64,000 nt of DNA, from IMG/VR virus record IMGVR_UViG_3300023184_000029, positions 64,001 through 128,000 of that record; one strand, 5' to 3'. The notes beneath the pieces are model-generated. The model worked only from the letters and a program-made list of their open reading frames with translations. It made no database searches and was not told where the DNA came from. Source of the DNA: a virus. The translations under genes were made by a program, and so were the position numbers. Positions 43,577 to 54,263 of this stretch are shown piece by piece (position 1 is the stretch's first letter; each line of letters opens with the position of its first letter).

Positions 43577-44587
43577 ATGTCATCGAAAACGCAAAAATTT
43601 CAGCCCGCTCCAGAATTAACTGAACTTTTAGTTCGTTCTGGTTCACCAAATAGAGAAGTAGCCCTAGCTGCTAATGCAGAAATTGCTAAAGCACTAGAGC
43701 TTCCATTGAGAAAGGGTCTACTCAGTGGGGATATTTTAAATGGTATTTTCGAGCCAATTCAATTAGCTCAAAATGCTACTCCAGAATTTCCATTAGACTT
43801 CCTAGCCCCAGGTACAGAAAAGGACTTTGTTGCCTATACTGTTCCTAATCATGGATATATTCCAGAGCGTCATGTTGAGAGCGATTACGTCATGGTACCA
43901 ACCTACGACGTTGGCTCTTCAATCGACTATCTCTTAAAGTATGCCAGAGATGCCCGCTGGGACGTTGTTGGTCGTGCTATGGAGGTTCTAGAAGGTTCTT
44001 TCGTTAAGAAGATGAACGACGATGGTTGGCATACTGTTCTAGCTGCTGGTGTTGATCGTAACATCGTAGTTTATGATAGTGATGCTAATACAAATCAGTT
44101 TACAAAGAGACTTGTTAGTCTCATGAAGACTGTTATGCGTCGTAACGGTGGTGGTAACTCAGCATCTAATAACAGAGCTATCCTAACAGACCTTTACGTT
44201 TCTCCAGAATCTATGGAAGATATTCGTAACTGGGGTATCGATCAGATCGACGAAATTACTCGTCGTGAGATCTATACAGCTGCTGACGGTACTCTTAATC
44301 GTGTGTTTGGTGTTAATCTTCATGACCTAGATGAACTAGGCGTTGGTCAAGAATATCAGCTATTCTATAGCAATATTCTTTCTGGCGCACTACCCGGTAG
44401 TAAGAGTGAAATCGTTGTTGGTCTCGATCAGAGCAAGAACGATACATTTATTATGCCAGTTCGTCAAGAGGTTCAAATCTTCGAAGACGACACACTACAT
44501 CGTCAGAAGAGAGCCGGTTTCTATGGCTGGTCAGAGCACGGTTTTGCCGTTCTTGACAACCGTAGAGTTGTTCTTGGCGCTCTATAA
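43577..44587 (+). CDS. Major capsid protein
   Basis: 336 aa; strongly biased high-expression codon usage; followed by a terminator; synteny. Confidence 0.85.
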   Translation: MSSKTQKFQPAPELTELLVRSGSPNREVALAANAEIAKALELPLRKGLLSGDILNGIFEPIQLAQNATPEFPLDFLAPGTEKDFVAYTVPNHGYIPERHVESDYVMVPTYDVGSSIDYLLKYARDARWDVVGRAMEVLEGSFVKKMNDDGWHTVLAAGVDRNIVVYDSDANTNQFTKRLVSLMKTVMRRNGGGNSASNNRAILTDLYVSPESMEDIRNWGIDQIDEITRREIYTAADGTLNRVFGVNLHDLDELGVGQEYQLFYSNILSGALPGSKSEIVVGLDQSKNDTFIMPVRQEVQIFEDDTLHRQKRAGFYGWSEHGFAVLDNRRVVLGAL

Positions 44588-44617
44588 TTTAATTAGCTAT
44601 ATTAATAGCGAAATAAA

Positions 44618-44649
44618 AGAAGGCTGGCTTTGCGCCGGCCTTTTTTTTT
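44618..44649 (+). terminator. Intrinsic terminator
   Basis: AAGGCTGGC-tttgc-GCCGGCCTT followed by a T run. Confidence 0.85.
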
Positions 44650-44705
44650 GGGTGTATCTTATTATAGATCGATCAAAATAACTTTTTAAATATAGGGCGA
44701 CAACT

Positions 44706-45110
44706 ATGGCAGCGGCCAAATATGATTTCGCTATAGAACAAGGTACGTCTTTTAGATTATCTTTAATATATAAAGATTCTGAAGGTAATCCGATGGATCT
44801 TACAGGTTGGTGCGCAAGAATTATTTGGAAAACAAGTAGTACTACTACTCAAATATTTTCATCTAATAATAATGATCATGATGTTTATAGATTCGAGATA
44901 GATGAACCAAATGGAAAGTTAACACTTTTATTCCCCTCAACAACTACTAATAGTTTTAATTTTAATACAGCTAAATACGATCTTGAACTACAAAGTCCAG
45001 ACGATCTATATAATGGAGGAGGTAAATATACTACTAGAATTCTTTATGGAGTTATAACTATTGTAAAAAGATTTAGTCAAATTTCATCCAATATGGATTG
45101 TAATATATGA
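44706..45110 (+). CDS. Ig-like structural protein
   Basis: YDFAIEQGTSF...YDLEL; paralog of the N-terminus of 53256-54263. Confidence 0.65.
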   Translation: MAAAKYDFAIEQGTSFRLSLIYKDSEGNPMDLTGWCARIIWKTSSTTTQIFSSNNNDHDVYRFEIDEPNGKLTLLFPSTTTNSFNFNTAKYDLELQSPDDLYNGGGKYTTRILYGVITIVKRFSQISSNMDCNI

Positions 45111-45367
45111 GCAATTTTATAGTTGAAATTACTGATCCTCAAGTGTATACAATAGATATTGAGACTAGTTTTGTTGATAATATTAATAATATTGAAATAC
45201 AAAGATATGATCAATATAATATTGATATAATTAATGTTGAAAGAATACTTCCTAGTGATTTACCAGACTATCCAGTTAATAGAATAATTGGTGATTTTCC
45301 AGTAGCAAGAATTAGTGGATTAGCAGAATATTTAGATAATTATCATTTTGATTGTGGCTCGCCCTGA
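45107..45367 (+). CDS. Hypothetical structural protein
   Basis: 86 aa. Confidence 0.6.
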   Translation: MSNFIVEITDPQVYTIDIETSFVDNINNIEIQRYDQYNIDIINVERILPSDLPDYPVNRIIGDFPVARISGLAEYLDNYHFDCGSP

Positions 45368-45390
45368 TTATGAAATAATGGAGAAATAAA

Positions 45391-46719
45391 ATGCCAGTTC
45401 AAACAAAAGTACAATTAAGAAGAGGTTCGTCAGTTCAATGGGCCTTATCTTCTGATGCTTTATCAGCAGGAGAAATAGGATATGATACAACACTAAAGAA
45501 ATTTAAAATTGGAGACGGATCAACATTATGGGGCAGTTTAGATTGGGCCACAACATTACCAACAGAACTAAATGAGATTATTGATGATAGAGTTAATGAT
45601 TTAGTAGTTGCTGGCAGTGGTATCGTTAAAAGTTATGACGATTCTGGTAATTCATTAACAATTAGTAGTCCATTATCTGCTGGTAGTGGTATTAGTTTAT
45701 CTTATAGCGGTGGAACTTATACCATCAACAATACCGGCATAATTACTAATGCTAGCGATATTGTTGGTTTTGATACTCAAGTAAGAACAAATAGATTAGA
45801 CCAGATGGCTGCCCCATCAGGATCAGTATCTTTAAATAGTCAAAAAATTACATCATTAGCTACTCCAACATCTGATAGTGATGCTGCTACTAAAGCTTAT
45901 GTTGATGCTGCTCGTAGCGGATTAGACGTTAAACAGAGCGTTAGGGCGGCTACCACAGCTAATATAACGTTGAGTGGCGCTCAAACTATTGATGGTGTAA
46001 ATATTGTGTCTGGTGATAGAGTATTAGTAAAAGATCAAAGTGTTGGTAGTCAAAATGGTATTTATACTGCTGCTGTTGGAAGTTGGAGTCGCTCATCTGA
46101 TGCTGATAGTGATACCGAAGTCACCGCAGGCATGTTTACTTTCGTAACAGAGGGTTCTACAAATAGTGATAGCGGTTGGGTTTTAACAACCAATGATACT
46201 ATTACACTAGAATCCACAAGCCTAACCTTTGCTCAATTTAGTGGTGCTGGTCAAATTACTGCCGGATCTGGTTTAACTAAAACTGGTAATACAATAGATA
46301 TTGGTACCGCTAGTTCTTCTAGAATTGTTGTTAATACTGATAGTATAGACTTAGCAACAGTAAGTAGATCTGATAGTAGCGGTTCAGCAGGAAGCACATT
46401 TCTACAGTCTGTGACCACAGATTCTTATGGTCGAGTAACAAGCTCAGTATCAGGAGTTTTTCACGACGCCTCAACATCTGTTAAAGGAATAGCATCTTTT
46501 GATAGTGGAGATTTTAGTGTAAGTTCGGGAGCAGTAACTATTAAAGCTAGTGGAGTAGATAATAGTCAATTGGTTAATAGTAGCATAACAGTTGGCTCAA
46601 GTTCCGTTTCATTGGGTGGCACTTTGACAAGTATTAATGGTTTAACTAGTATAAGTGGAGTTAGTGCTGGTAGTCCAACAACCCTTTACTATTGTGCTAT
46701 AGATGGTGGAACTCCCTGA
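45391..46719 (+). CDS. Fibre protein with Mtd_N-like N-terminus
   Basis: QLRRG...LSAGEIGYDTT.K.KIGDG...W; DAATKAYVD; Ser/Thr/Gly-rich. Confidence 0.8.
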   Translation: MPVQTKVQLRRGSSVQWALSSDALSAGEIGYDTTLKKFKIGDGSTLWGSLDWATTLPTELNEIIDDRVNDLVVAGSGIVKSYDDSGNSLTISSPLSAGSGISLSYSGGTYTINNTGIITNASDIVGFDTQVRTNRLDQMAAPSGSVSLNSQKITSLATPTSDSDAATKAYVDAARSGLDVKQSVRAATTANITLSGAQTIDGVNIVSGDRVLVKDQSVGSQNGIYTAAVGSWSRSSDADSDTEVTAGMFTFVTEGSTNSDSGWVLTTNDTITLESTSLTFAQFSGAGQITAGSGLTKTGNTIDIGTASSSRIVVNTDSIDLATVSRSDSSGSAGSTFLQSVTTDSYGRVTSSVSGVFHDASTSVKGIASFDSGDFSVSSGAVTIKASGVDNSQLVNSSITVGSSSVSLGGTLTSINGLTSISGVSAGSPTTLYYCAIDGGTP

Positions 46720-46737
46720 TATTAGGAATTTAGAGCT

Positions 46738-47496
46738 ATGCCAGTTAATGATCTTATTACTATTAGAAAAGGAACAGCATCCGAATGGAGTAGTAGTAAT
46801 CCAGTTTTAGCTAGTGGAGAGCTCGGTTTTGACCTGTCAAACAATATATTAAAAATTGGAGACGGCTCATCAGCATGGAATAGTTTAAATAATCACTCCC
46901 ACTCCAGCATAAATATTAGCGACTTTACTGAATCTGTTCAAGATATTGTTGGTTCTGGATTTTTAGTTGCTGGAACCGGAATAGTTTTAGACTATAATGA
47001 TAGTGCTAATACTTTAACTATTAGTAGTAGTGGAACTGGCGGTGGGGTTAGCATAACTAATTTTAGTGATAATAGAATATTAACATCTGATGGAACATCA
47101 ACGGGAATAAATGCTGAAAGTAATTTAACTTTTGATGGAACTAGTTTAAAAGTTAATAATATTAATGTTAGTGTTAGTGGTCATTTTCATACTAGTTCAG
47201 ATATTAGTAATTTTAATAGTAGCGTTAGTGGACTATTACCAGTAACTAATATCTCTGCTGGATCTAATACTAGTATTAGTTCGGCTAGTGGAACTTATAC
47301 AATTAATTCAATTCCATTAATTAGTTATTCAACTACTACTAGTTTTCCAGCTTCTGGGGTTTCAACATCATATTATTTAGCTAGTGATTCTAGTAGAATA
47401 TATCAGTGGACAGGACTTCAATATGTTGAGTTAGGCGCTCAAACCGTTAGTTCAATAGATAATATTTTTCATCCATTTTTATTAGGAGGCATATAA
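46738..47496 (+). CDS. Second fibre protein with Mtd_N-like N-terminus
   Basis: IRKGTASEW...PVLASGELGFD...KIGDG. Confidence 0.78.
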   Translation: MPVNDLITIRKGTASEWSSSNPVLASGELGFDLSNNILKIGDGSSAWNSLNNHSHSSINISDFTESVQDIVGSGFLVAGTGIVLDYNDSANTLTISSSGTGGGVSITNFSDNRILTSDGTSTGINAESNLTFDGTSLKVNNINVSVSGHFHTSSDISNFNSSVSGLLPVTNISAGSNTSISSASGTYTINSIPLISYSTTTSFPASGVSTSYYLASDSSRIYQWTGLQYVELGAQTVSSIDNIFHPFLLGGI

Positions 47497-47823
47497 ATGC
47501 CACAAACACATAAGGTATTAGGACAGGTTAGCCCAGCGGCCTCTTCTCTTACAACACTCTATACCGTGCCGGGAGCTACACAGACTGTTTGTTCTACAAT
47601 AAGCGTTTGCAATCTTGGGGTGTCAGCAACATTTCGAATTGCGATTCGACCAGCGGGAGTAAATCTTGCTAATCAGCATTATCTTGTCTATGACGCTACT
47701 GTTAACTCTAATGACTCTTTTTATTTGACTGTTGGCATTTCGCTGGCTGCTACGGACGTTGTTTCTGTGTTTAGTTCTACAAATACTCTGGCGTTTTCGT
47801 TGTTTGGCGTGGAGATAACCTAA
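47497..47823 (+). CDS. Small structural protein
   Basis: HKVLGQVSPAA...; motif common in freshwater phage tail regions. Confidence 0.7.
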   Translation: MPQTHKVLGQVSPAASSLTTLYTVPGATQTVCSTISVCNLGVSATFRIAIRPAGVNLANQHYLVYDATVNSNDSFYLTVGISLAATDVVSVFSSTNTLAFSLFGVEIT

Positions 47824-49463
47824 TGTCTATTACAACTGAATCACGGCCGAGATTGGCAAGCAAGTTCAATTTGCGATCAGCTGCTACTGTCACATCAAGC
47901 CTGACAACATGGGTGCGACCGGCCGATTGGTTATCATTACCAAGCGTTACCGGCCAGCAACGATTCGCTGGCTTATACCGAATTGACCCAGAAAGCAATT
48001 TCGTCGCTCTTACGGCAGCCGCCGCGTACACGGTGGATTGGGGTGACGGCACCACCACGAACCACGCGACAGGAACAACTGCCTACAAGCAATACGATTA
48101 TTCGACGATTAGCAGCACGGGTGAATCGACGCTTGGGTATCGTCAGGTCATCATTCAGGTCTATCCGCAAGGCGCGGCAAACCTAACATCGCTAAATTTG
48201 CAGACTCGCCACAACCAAAGCGGCCTCAACAGTGCTTATTACGCTGGATGGCTGGATATTGCCGTGAATGGTGCGAGCCTGACATCGCTCACGATTGGCA
48301 GCAGCACTCTTGCGATGCCGTATCTCCAGCAAGTCACGATTGGCCAGCACAACATCACCAATATGACTACCTTCTTTATGAACTGCTGGGTGCTTCAGTC
48401 TGTGCCGTTGTTTTCAACAGGCAGCGTGACAACCATGAGCAATATGTTTCAAGAGTGTCGTATGCTTCAGGTAGTTCCACAATTCAATACGGCATCGGTC
48501 ACAAACTTTGGTGCTATGTTTAGTAATTGCCGGGCACTGATAACGATACCACTCTTCAACACCTCATCGGCAACAAGTATGGCTAACATGTTCAGCGGCT
48601 GTAGGAACCTCCAGTATGTGCCGCTTCTCAATACAGCAACAGTAACCACCATGAGCTCAATGTTCAACGGCTGCTCCATGCTTCAGTCGGTACCGCTTTT
48701 CAACACAACATTGACCACAAACATGAGTTCAATGTTCAATCTCTGTAGTGCGTTGTCTTCAATACCTCTTTTCAATACGGCATCGGCAACGAATATGAAC
48801 TCAATGTTCTACGGCTGCAAGCAGTTGACTACTGTTCCTCTTTTCAATACCGCTCTTGTCACAGATATGAGCAGCATGTTCAACGAGTGCGAAGCACTCA
48901 CCAGCGTTCCACTATTCAATACATCTTCGCTCACAAACATAAATACCATGTTTAGACTTTGTTTTTCTCTTACCACCATTCCTCTTTTCAACACGGCATC
49001 CGTCACTAATTTTACGAATTTGTTTTCCGGCTGTACCGCGCTCATCAGTGTTCCGCTTCTGAATACAGCGGCAGCCACGAATATGAATAATATGTTTGTA
49101 ACCTGCAACGCCCTTCAATCTGTGCCACTATTCAACATGGCTTCAGTTACCAACACACAAGGCATGTTCAATGGATGTTGGTCACTCATCAACGTTCCTG
49201 CGTTGAACACTTCCTCTGTCACTTCGGGCAACTTCGCGTTAATGTTTAGCGGCTGCTCGTCACTATCCTCTGCTCCGCTGTCTGGCACGAACCAGAACAT
49301 CAGCTACGCATCGTGCAAGCTGTCGGCAGCCGCGCTCAACGCTATCTACACGGGACTGTCTGCGACTGGTACTGGAAAGACCATCACTGTTACTGGTAAC
49401 TGGGGAACAGCATCTCATGATACTTCAATCGCCACATCAAAAGGGTGGACCGTAACGGTCTAA
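47823..49463 (+). CDS. BspA/DUF285-type 22-aa leucine-rich-repeat adhesin
   Basis: About 14 tandem PLFNT.SVTNM..MF..C..L.S repeats; GC-richer than the flanks. Confidence 0.88.
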   Translation: MSITTESRPRLASKFNLRSAATVTSSLTTWVRPADWLSLPSVTGQQRFAGLYRIDPESNFVALTAAAAYTVDWGDGTTTNHATGTTAYKQYDYSTISSTGESTLGYRQVIIQVYPQGAANLTSLNLQTRHNQSGLNSAYYAGWLDIAVNGASLTSLTIGSSTLAMPYLQQVTIGQHNITNMTTFFMNCWVLQSVPLFSTGSVTTMSNMFQECRMLQVVPQFNTASVTNFGAMFSNCRALITIPLFNTSSATSMANMFSGCRNLQYVPLLNTATVTTMSSMFNGCSMLQSVPLFNTTLTTNMSSMFNLCSALSSIPLFNTASATNMNSMFYGCKQLTTVPLFNTALVTDMSSMFNECEALTSVPLFNTSSLTNINTMFRLCFSLTTIPLFNTASVTNFTNLFSGCTALISVPLLNTAAATNMNNMFVTCNALQSVPLFNMASVTNTQGMFNGCWSLINVPALNTSSVTSGNFALMFSGCSSLSSAPLSGTNQNISYASCKLSAAALNAIYTGLSATGTGKTITVTGNWGTASHDTSIATSKGWTVTV

Positions 49464-49470
49464 TCAAAAT

Positions 49471-49659
49471 ATGAATACTAGTGGTTTTTATAAAATCGAT
49501 ACAGAAAGTCTAGAGATATTGTATGCTCCAAATGCGGTTTATGGCCCAGGATTTACACTACTCAAAGAAAAATATAATGAATATAATTATCCAATTGATG
49601 GATGGACTTGGTTTGATAGCGAAGACGAAGCAAAAATTGCTAACAATACTATAACTTGA
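49471..49659 (+). CDS. Small fibre-associated protein
   Basis: 62 aa; YPIDGWTWFDSE. Confidence 0.65.
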   Translation: MNTSGFYKIDTESLEILYAPNAVYGPGFTLLKEKYNEYNYPIDGWTWFDSEDEAKIANNTIT

Positions 49660-49710
49660 CAAACTTATCAATATGAATATTATTAATCCATAATTTAAAA
49701 GAGTAACATT

Positions 49711-50031
49711 ATGCCATTTAGTTTTCCAAGTAGTCCAACAATCGGCCAACAAAGCACACAGAATGGACGATCATATACATGGTCCGGATCTGTGTGGGAA
49801 TTAACATCTAACGCCACCACCATTCCCGTAGTGGTAAATCAAATACTTAGTTATACAACAGTAGCAAATTTTCCATCATTAGGATCCTCAAGTTCTTATT
49901 ATATAGCAACTGATACTAGTCGATTATACCAGTGGACAGGTTCATTATATGTAGAAGTGGGGCCACCCATGACAGGTTTTACTAATGCTCAAGCAGCAAT
50001 TAATTTATTTTTATGGAGTAACTTTAGATAA
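49711..50031 (+). CDS. Fibre module protein
   Basis: MPFSFPSSPT N-terminus shared with 51316; YQWTG module shared with 46738. Confidence 0.7.
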   Translation: MPFSFPSSPTIGQQSTQNGRSYTWSGSVWELTSNATTIPVVVNQILSYTTVANFPSLGSSSSYYIATDTSRLYQWTGSLYVEVGPPMTGFTNAQAAINLFLWSNFR

Positions 50032-50043
50032 AGGGAGAATATT

Positions 50044-50427
50044 ATGGCAGTTAGTCCAAGTTTCGCAGCAGTACCAAGAATAGGGGCTGTTAGCATAGCA
50101 ACAGCAGAAGCATCCTATACATCTCCAACCAATTTTGGAACAGTTATTACTGGTGCTTCTACAGGAACCCGAATAGCAGAAATTGTTGTAAAAAATGCAG
50201 CTACCAGTGCTGCTGCTATTGTACGAATATTTTTACATGACGGTAGTACATACTGGTTATTTGATGAAGTTACTATAGCCGCAGCAACAGGATCATCCAC
50301 TGTTCAGCAAACTAGAGTCAGCACAACATATACCAATTTGATTCTACCATCCGCTTCATGGAGTGTTAGAGTTACTACAAGTGTTAGTCAAACAACTCAC
50401 GTTACAGCATTGGGGGCAGATTTATAA
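50044..50427 (+). CDS. Structural protein
   Basis: 127 aa, Ala/Thr-rich. Confidence 0.7.
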   Translation: MAVSPSFAAVPRIGAVSIATAEASYTSPTNFGTVITGASTGTRIAEIVVKNAATSAAAIVRIFLHDGSTYWLFDEVTIAAATGSSTVQQTRVSTTYTNLILPSASWSVRVTTSVSQTTHVTALGADL

Positions 50428-51302
50428 TGAATAACGGTATCTACGGCTTCGGTTCGCTAATCACCAGTGCAATGCCCTACGCGAGTAGTCCAGTGTCGGC
50501 GGCTACCACGGTGCCTGTTACGGCTCTGGTGGTTGGCGGCGGCGGCGGTGGGAATGCCACATTCAATGGTTCGGGGGGTGGCGGTGGCGGGGGCGGATAC
50601 GTTTCAGCGAATCTTTTACTGCCAACAAACACATCGTTCACTGCCGATATCGGCGCAGGGGGCGCGGCCAGTAGCGTGATTGCAACAGCTACTCGTTTTG
50701 GGCCAATCGCCGCTGTTGGTGGTGGGGGTGGAACAGTACAAAACACCGTCAACGGGCGCGGCGGCAGCGGTGGCGGCGGAACTAATAATGCGACGACCGG
50801 AGGCGCGATTATCGTAACAGGGCAGGGCAATTCCGGCGGCAACGGGAACGCAACCGGCGGCGGTGGCGGCGGTGGTGCTGGGGCGGCGGGGAGTGCCGGA
50901 GCAGCAAACACTGGAGGTGCGGGCGGCAGCGGGGCTGCAAACACCATCACCGGTTCATCGGCCACCTACGCTGGCGGCGGCGGTGGTGGAACTAATACTG
51001 TTCCGGGGAGCGGAGGCGTTGGGGGTGCTGGCGGTACTGGTGGTGGCGGCAACGGAGGAGCAAGGTCTGACGCGATAACAGTTACGGCTGGCGGTCCGAA
51101 TACAGGAGGAGGCGGGGGCAGCGGCACTTTTGTCAACGGCAACAGCCAATCGCAACCGGGCGGCAGCGGCGTGATCATATTGCGTTTCTCTTCCGCCTAT
51201 CGAATCAGCCTGTCAGCGGGGCTGACCTCAACCATCGCGCCACTCGGGAGCGAAACTGTCGTGACGATCACGGCCGGAACGGGAACAGTTTCATTTAGTT
51301 AG
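50427..51302 (+). CDS. Glycine-rich fibre domain protein
   Basis: LVVGGGGGG...NTGGGGG...GGSGVIILRF. Confidence 0.8.
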   Translation: MNNGIYGFGSLITSAMPYASSPVSAATTVPVTALVVGGGGGGNATFNGSGGGGGGGGYVSANLLLPTNTSFTADIGAGGAASSVIATATRFGPIAAVGGGGGTVQNTVNGRGGSGGGGTNNATTGGAIIVTGQGNSGGNGNATGGGGGGGAGAAGSAGAANTGGAGGSGAANTITGSSATYAGGGGGGTNTVPGSGGVGGAGGTGGGGNGGARSDAITVTAGGPNTGGGGGSGTFVNGNSQSQPGGSGVIILRFSSAYRISLSAGLTSTIAPLGSETVVTITAGTGTVSFS

Positions 51303-51315
51303 TAGGAGTTTATTT

Positions 51316-52284
51316 ATGCCATTTTCTTTTCCAAGTAGTCCAACAGTGGGTCAATTATCCAGACAGAATGGACGTATCTATCGGTGGAACGGATATTCGT
51401 GGGATTTGTTGTCTGATTCTTTTCAATCAATAAAAGCTTTATTAGTTGGTGGGGGTGGACCGGGAGGATATGGAGGAACTAATGGTGGTTCGGTAGACTT
51501 GGCGGGAGGAGGAGGTGGTGCTGGAGCTTTTGTTGAATTAACATCAGTCAATATATCACTGAACACTCCTTATACGATTTCAATCGGCGCTGGCGGGGCA
51601 ATATCTAGTTCAGTCCCGGTGAACAATGGCAATTTTTCTAGATTTGATGTTTATTATGCTATCGGGGGAGGTTGTGGCGGCGGCATTGCTACTTTGGCAA
51701 GAATTGGAAACTCGGGAGGAAGCGGAGGCGGCAGCGGTAGTTACATGGGAGCTAATACTTTCGGTAAAACTATGATTCCTCTGTACGGAAATAACGGCGG
51801 CAACGGAGCATTTACAGGTTTTTATAATGCAGCGGGCGGCGGCGGCGGAGCAAATACAGCAGGAAACAATAACGCAGGTACCGCAGGCGGTAGCGGCGGA
51901 AACGGAACAACTTCGTCCATCCCAAATACATCAGCAACGCCACCAGCGAATACTAACACCTTTTGTGGCGGCGGCGGTGGTGCCGGTGCGGCAGTTTCTG
52001 GAAGTAGCGGCTCCGGCGGAACTGGTGGCGGCGGAACGGGTGCGGTCAGCAGCCCATCAAGAGCTTCTACTGCCGGAACAGCCAATACCGGTGGAGGTGG
52101 AGGTGGAGGTTACAACGGAGCAACATTAGTTTCCTCTAATGGAGGATCTGGTATAGTAGTTTTAAGGTTTTCATCAACATTAAATTATACGGTAGGTGTT
52201 GGATTAACATACACCTCTTCCACATCTGAAAATGAAACCATTCTTGTTTTTACAGCAGGAACGGATACTATTACATTTAGTTAA
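51316..52284 (+). CDS. Glycine-rich fibre domain protein
   Basis: LLVGGGG...NTGGGGGGG...GGSGIVVLRF. Confidence 0.8.
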   Translation: MPFSFPSSPTVGQLSRQNGRIYRWNGYSWDLLSDSFQSIKALLVGGGGPGGYGGTNGGSVDLAGGGGGAGAFVELTSVNISLNTPYTISIGAGGAISSSVPVNNGNFSRFDVYYAIGGGCGGGIATLARIGNSGGSGGGSGSYMGANTFGKTMIPLYGNNGGNGAFTGFYNAAGGGGGANTAGNNNAGTAGGSGGNGTTSSIPNTSATPPANTNTFCGGGGGAGAAVSGSSGSGGTGGGGTGAVSSPSRASTAGTANTGGGGGGGYNGATLVSSNGGSGIVVLRFSSTLNYTVGVGLTYTSSTSENETILVFTAGTDTITFS

Positions 52285-52297
52285 AGGAGAAAAATTT

Positions 52298-52597
52298 ATG
52301 GCACACTATGCATTTTTAGATTCTAATAATATTGTAACCGAAGTTATTGTGGGTAGAGATGAGAATGAACTTAATATTGATTGGGAAAAATATTATGGTG
52401 ATTTTAGAGGCCAAGTTTGTAAAAGAACCAGTTATAACACTTATGCCAATACTCACAAAACTGGCGGAACTCCATATAGGGGTAATTATGCTGGAATAGG
52501 TTATTATTATGATGCTAATTTAGATGCTTTTATTCCTCCAAAACCTAGTGAAGAAGCAGTATTTGACAACAATACCTGTTCTTGGATAGTTTCTTAA
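52298..52597 (+). CDS. Conserved fibre-associated protein
   Basis: MAHYAFLDSNNIV..VIVG...RTSYN...YAGIG..YD...DAFIPP; AAGGAG RBS. Confidence 0.8.
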   Translation: MAHYAFLDSNNIVTEVIVGRDENELNIDWEKYYGDFRGQVCKRTSYNTYANTHKTGGTPYRGNYAGIGYYYDANLDAFIPPKPSEEAVFDNNTCSWIVS

Positions 52598-52687
52598 TTA
52601 GTAACTTAAAGTACAATATACATATATACCAAAGGGTGTATTCTTGAATATACTCTATAATTTTTTACTTTTAAGGAATAAAATATA

Positions 52688-53224
52688 ATGTCTTGGCAAA
52701 TAGAAATCCCATTGATTACTAGAACCTTAATTAATGATTTATCAGATCAGCCACAATATAGTGACGAAAGAATAGTACAGCTCGTTACTATAGCTGCTCA
52801 ATATGTTAAGAGCGAAATTAATCTTGGTAGAACATATAATATAGATATTGTTAATCAAATTATTAGTCCTGATCCTACAAATCCTGATCCTGGTAATCCA
52901 TTAGCTAGAGACAATGATTATATCGGTTTTATTGCTTTAAAATCAGCCTGTTTATTAGATCAAAGCACACTAAGAACAAAAGCTTTGATGGAAGGAATTA
53001 GAGCAAGTTTAGGACCAGCAGTTATTAGTGTTGCAGGAAACATAAGAGCTTATCAGATTTTGCTTGAGCAAGGCCCATGCTCAACATATCAAGAACTGCG
53101 TAGTCAATATGAGTTTGGAAACGCTAACGCTATTAGGGCTATGATGAGCCCATTCGTTGGTAACAAGTTTGATCCCAGAGCTATTCAACTCAATCCTTTT
53201 AGAAGCAGAGATATTTACTCTTAG
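52688..53224 (+). CDS. Putative head-tail adaptor
   Basis: Helical 178 aa protein; synteny. Confidence 0.55.
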   Translation: MSWQIEIPLITRTLINDLSDQPQYSDERIVQLVTIAAQYVKSEINLGRTYNIDIVNQIISPDPTNPDPGNPLARDNDYIGFIALKSACLLDQSTLRTKALMEGIRASLGPAVISVAGNIRAYQILLEQGPCSTYQELRSQYEFGNANAIRAMMSPFVGNKFDPRAIQLNPFRSRDIYS

Positions 53225-53255
53225 TAAATTTTTTTAATTAATCAGAAAGTATTAT

Positions 53256-54263
53256 ATGCCAGCAGCTAATTATAATTTTTTAATCGAACAAAGTTCAGAT
53301 TTTATTATTACTTTTCAGTATACCGATGAAAACGGAGTCTCGGTAGATCTTACAGACAGTTGTGTTAAATTAAGATATCTCACTAACAACAAAATACAGG
53401 GAATATTTACAAATGGTCTGGTTGATGGTCTTAGTCCTAATCTTATCACAAATGGTTATGAACTTACCACAACTAATACTGGGCTTATTATATTAAGATT
53501 AGCTTCTACTCTTACGTCTACTTATATTTTTGATAATGCTGTTTATGATTTAGATGTACAGTTTGATATAACAGATATTAATGGAACTAGAATTAGTAAT
53601 ACTAGGGTGGCGACTGGCACAATAACAATTGTTAAAAAATATTTTCCATCTATAATAGGATGTGATATATCATCTGGTGAATTAAATATTACTCCTACCC
53701 CTACACCAGCCGGATCATCTCCTACTCCAACACCAACACCAGCTTATTCCACGGACCTGTGTTTTCCTGAGTGTATAGATTTAGACGTATATTCAGTAGT
53801 ATATACCGGATCGTCTATGAATATACCAGATAATAATATTTGTAGCGGTATTATTAGTACTTCGGATTCTAGAAGTATAGAAAATGTAGAAGTAGCAATT
53901 AATGGTTTAAGACATAATTCTCCTCAAGATCTAACATTTATTTTGGCCCCGCCCAATGGAAATAAAATTCTATTATCTTCTCATAATAAAATAGGAAACT
54001 ATAATCCTGGATTTAGTTTTATGTTTTCTAATAAAGCTACAGCAGGGAATTATTTAAATAACATATATTCTGGTGGCGTCTGTTCTATTTTGGATAAAAC
54101 CAGTAGTATTAAGTTTCAGAATAGCTCTTTAGAACCAGGATTTAATCATCTATTTGGGTCTTCAACAACAGGAAATTGGACTTTATATATAAAAGATGAT
54201 GATCCTGGAGTTTCTGGTTCTATAGATTCATGGAAGCTTATTATTACATACTTACCAGAGTAA
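53256..54263 (+). CDS. Structural protein: Ig-like domain, TP linker and proprotein-convertase P domain
   Basis: IENVEVAIN.L.H....DL...L..P...GNWTLYI.D...G.SG.I.SW.L. Confidence 0.75.
   Translation: MPAANYNFLIEQSSDFIITFQYTDENGVSVDLTDSCVKLRYLTNNKIQGIFTNGLVDGLSPNLITNGYELTTTNTGLIILRLASTLTSTYIFDNAVYDLDVQFDITDINGTRISNTRVATGTITIVKKYFPSIIGCDISSGELNITPTPTPAGSSPTPTPTPAYSTDLCFPECIDLDVYSVVYTGSSMNIPDNNICSGIISTSDSRSIENVEVAINGLRHNSPQDLTFILAPPNGNKILLSSHNKIGNYNPGFSFMFSNKATAGNYLNNIYSGGVCSILDKTSSIKFQNSSLEPGFNHLFGSSTTGNWTLYIKDDDPGVSGSIDSWKLIITYLPE

Noticed and set aside
45391-52284. Diversity-generating retroelement (Mtd-like fibres)
   Set aside because: No reverse transcriptase and no ~100 bp TR/VR pair differing at adenines in the window.
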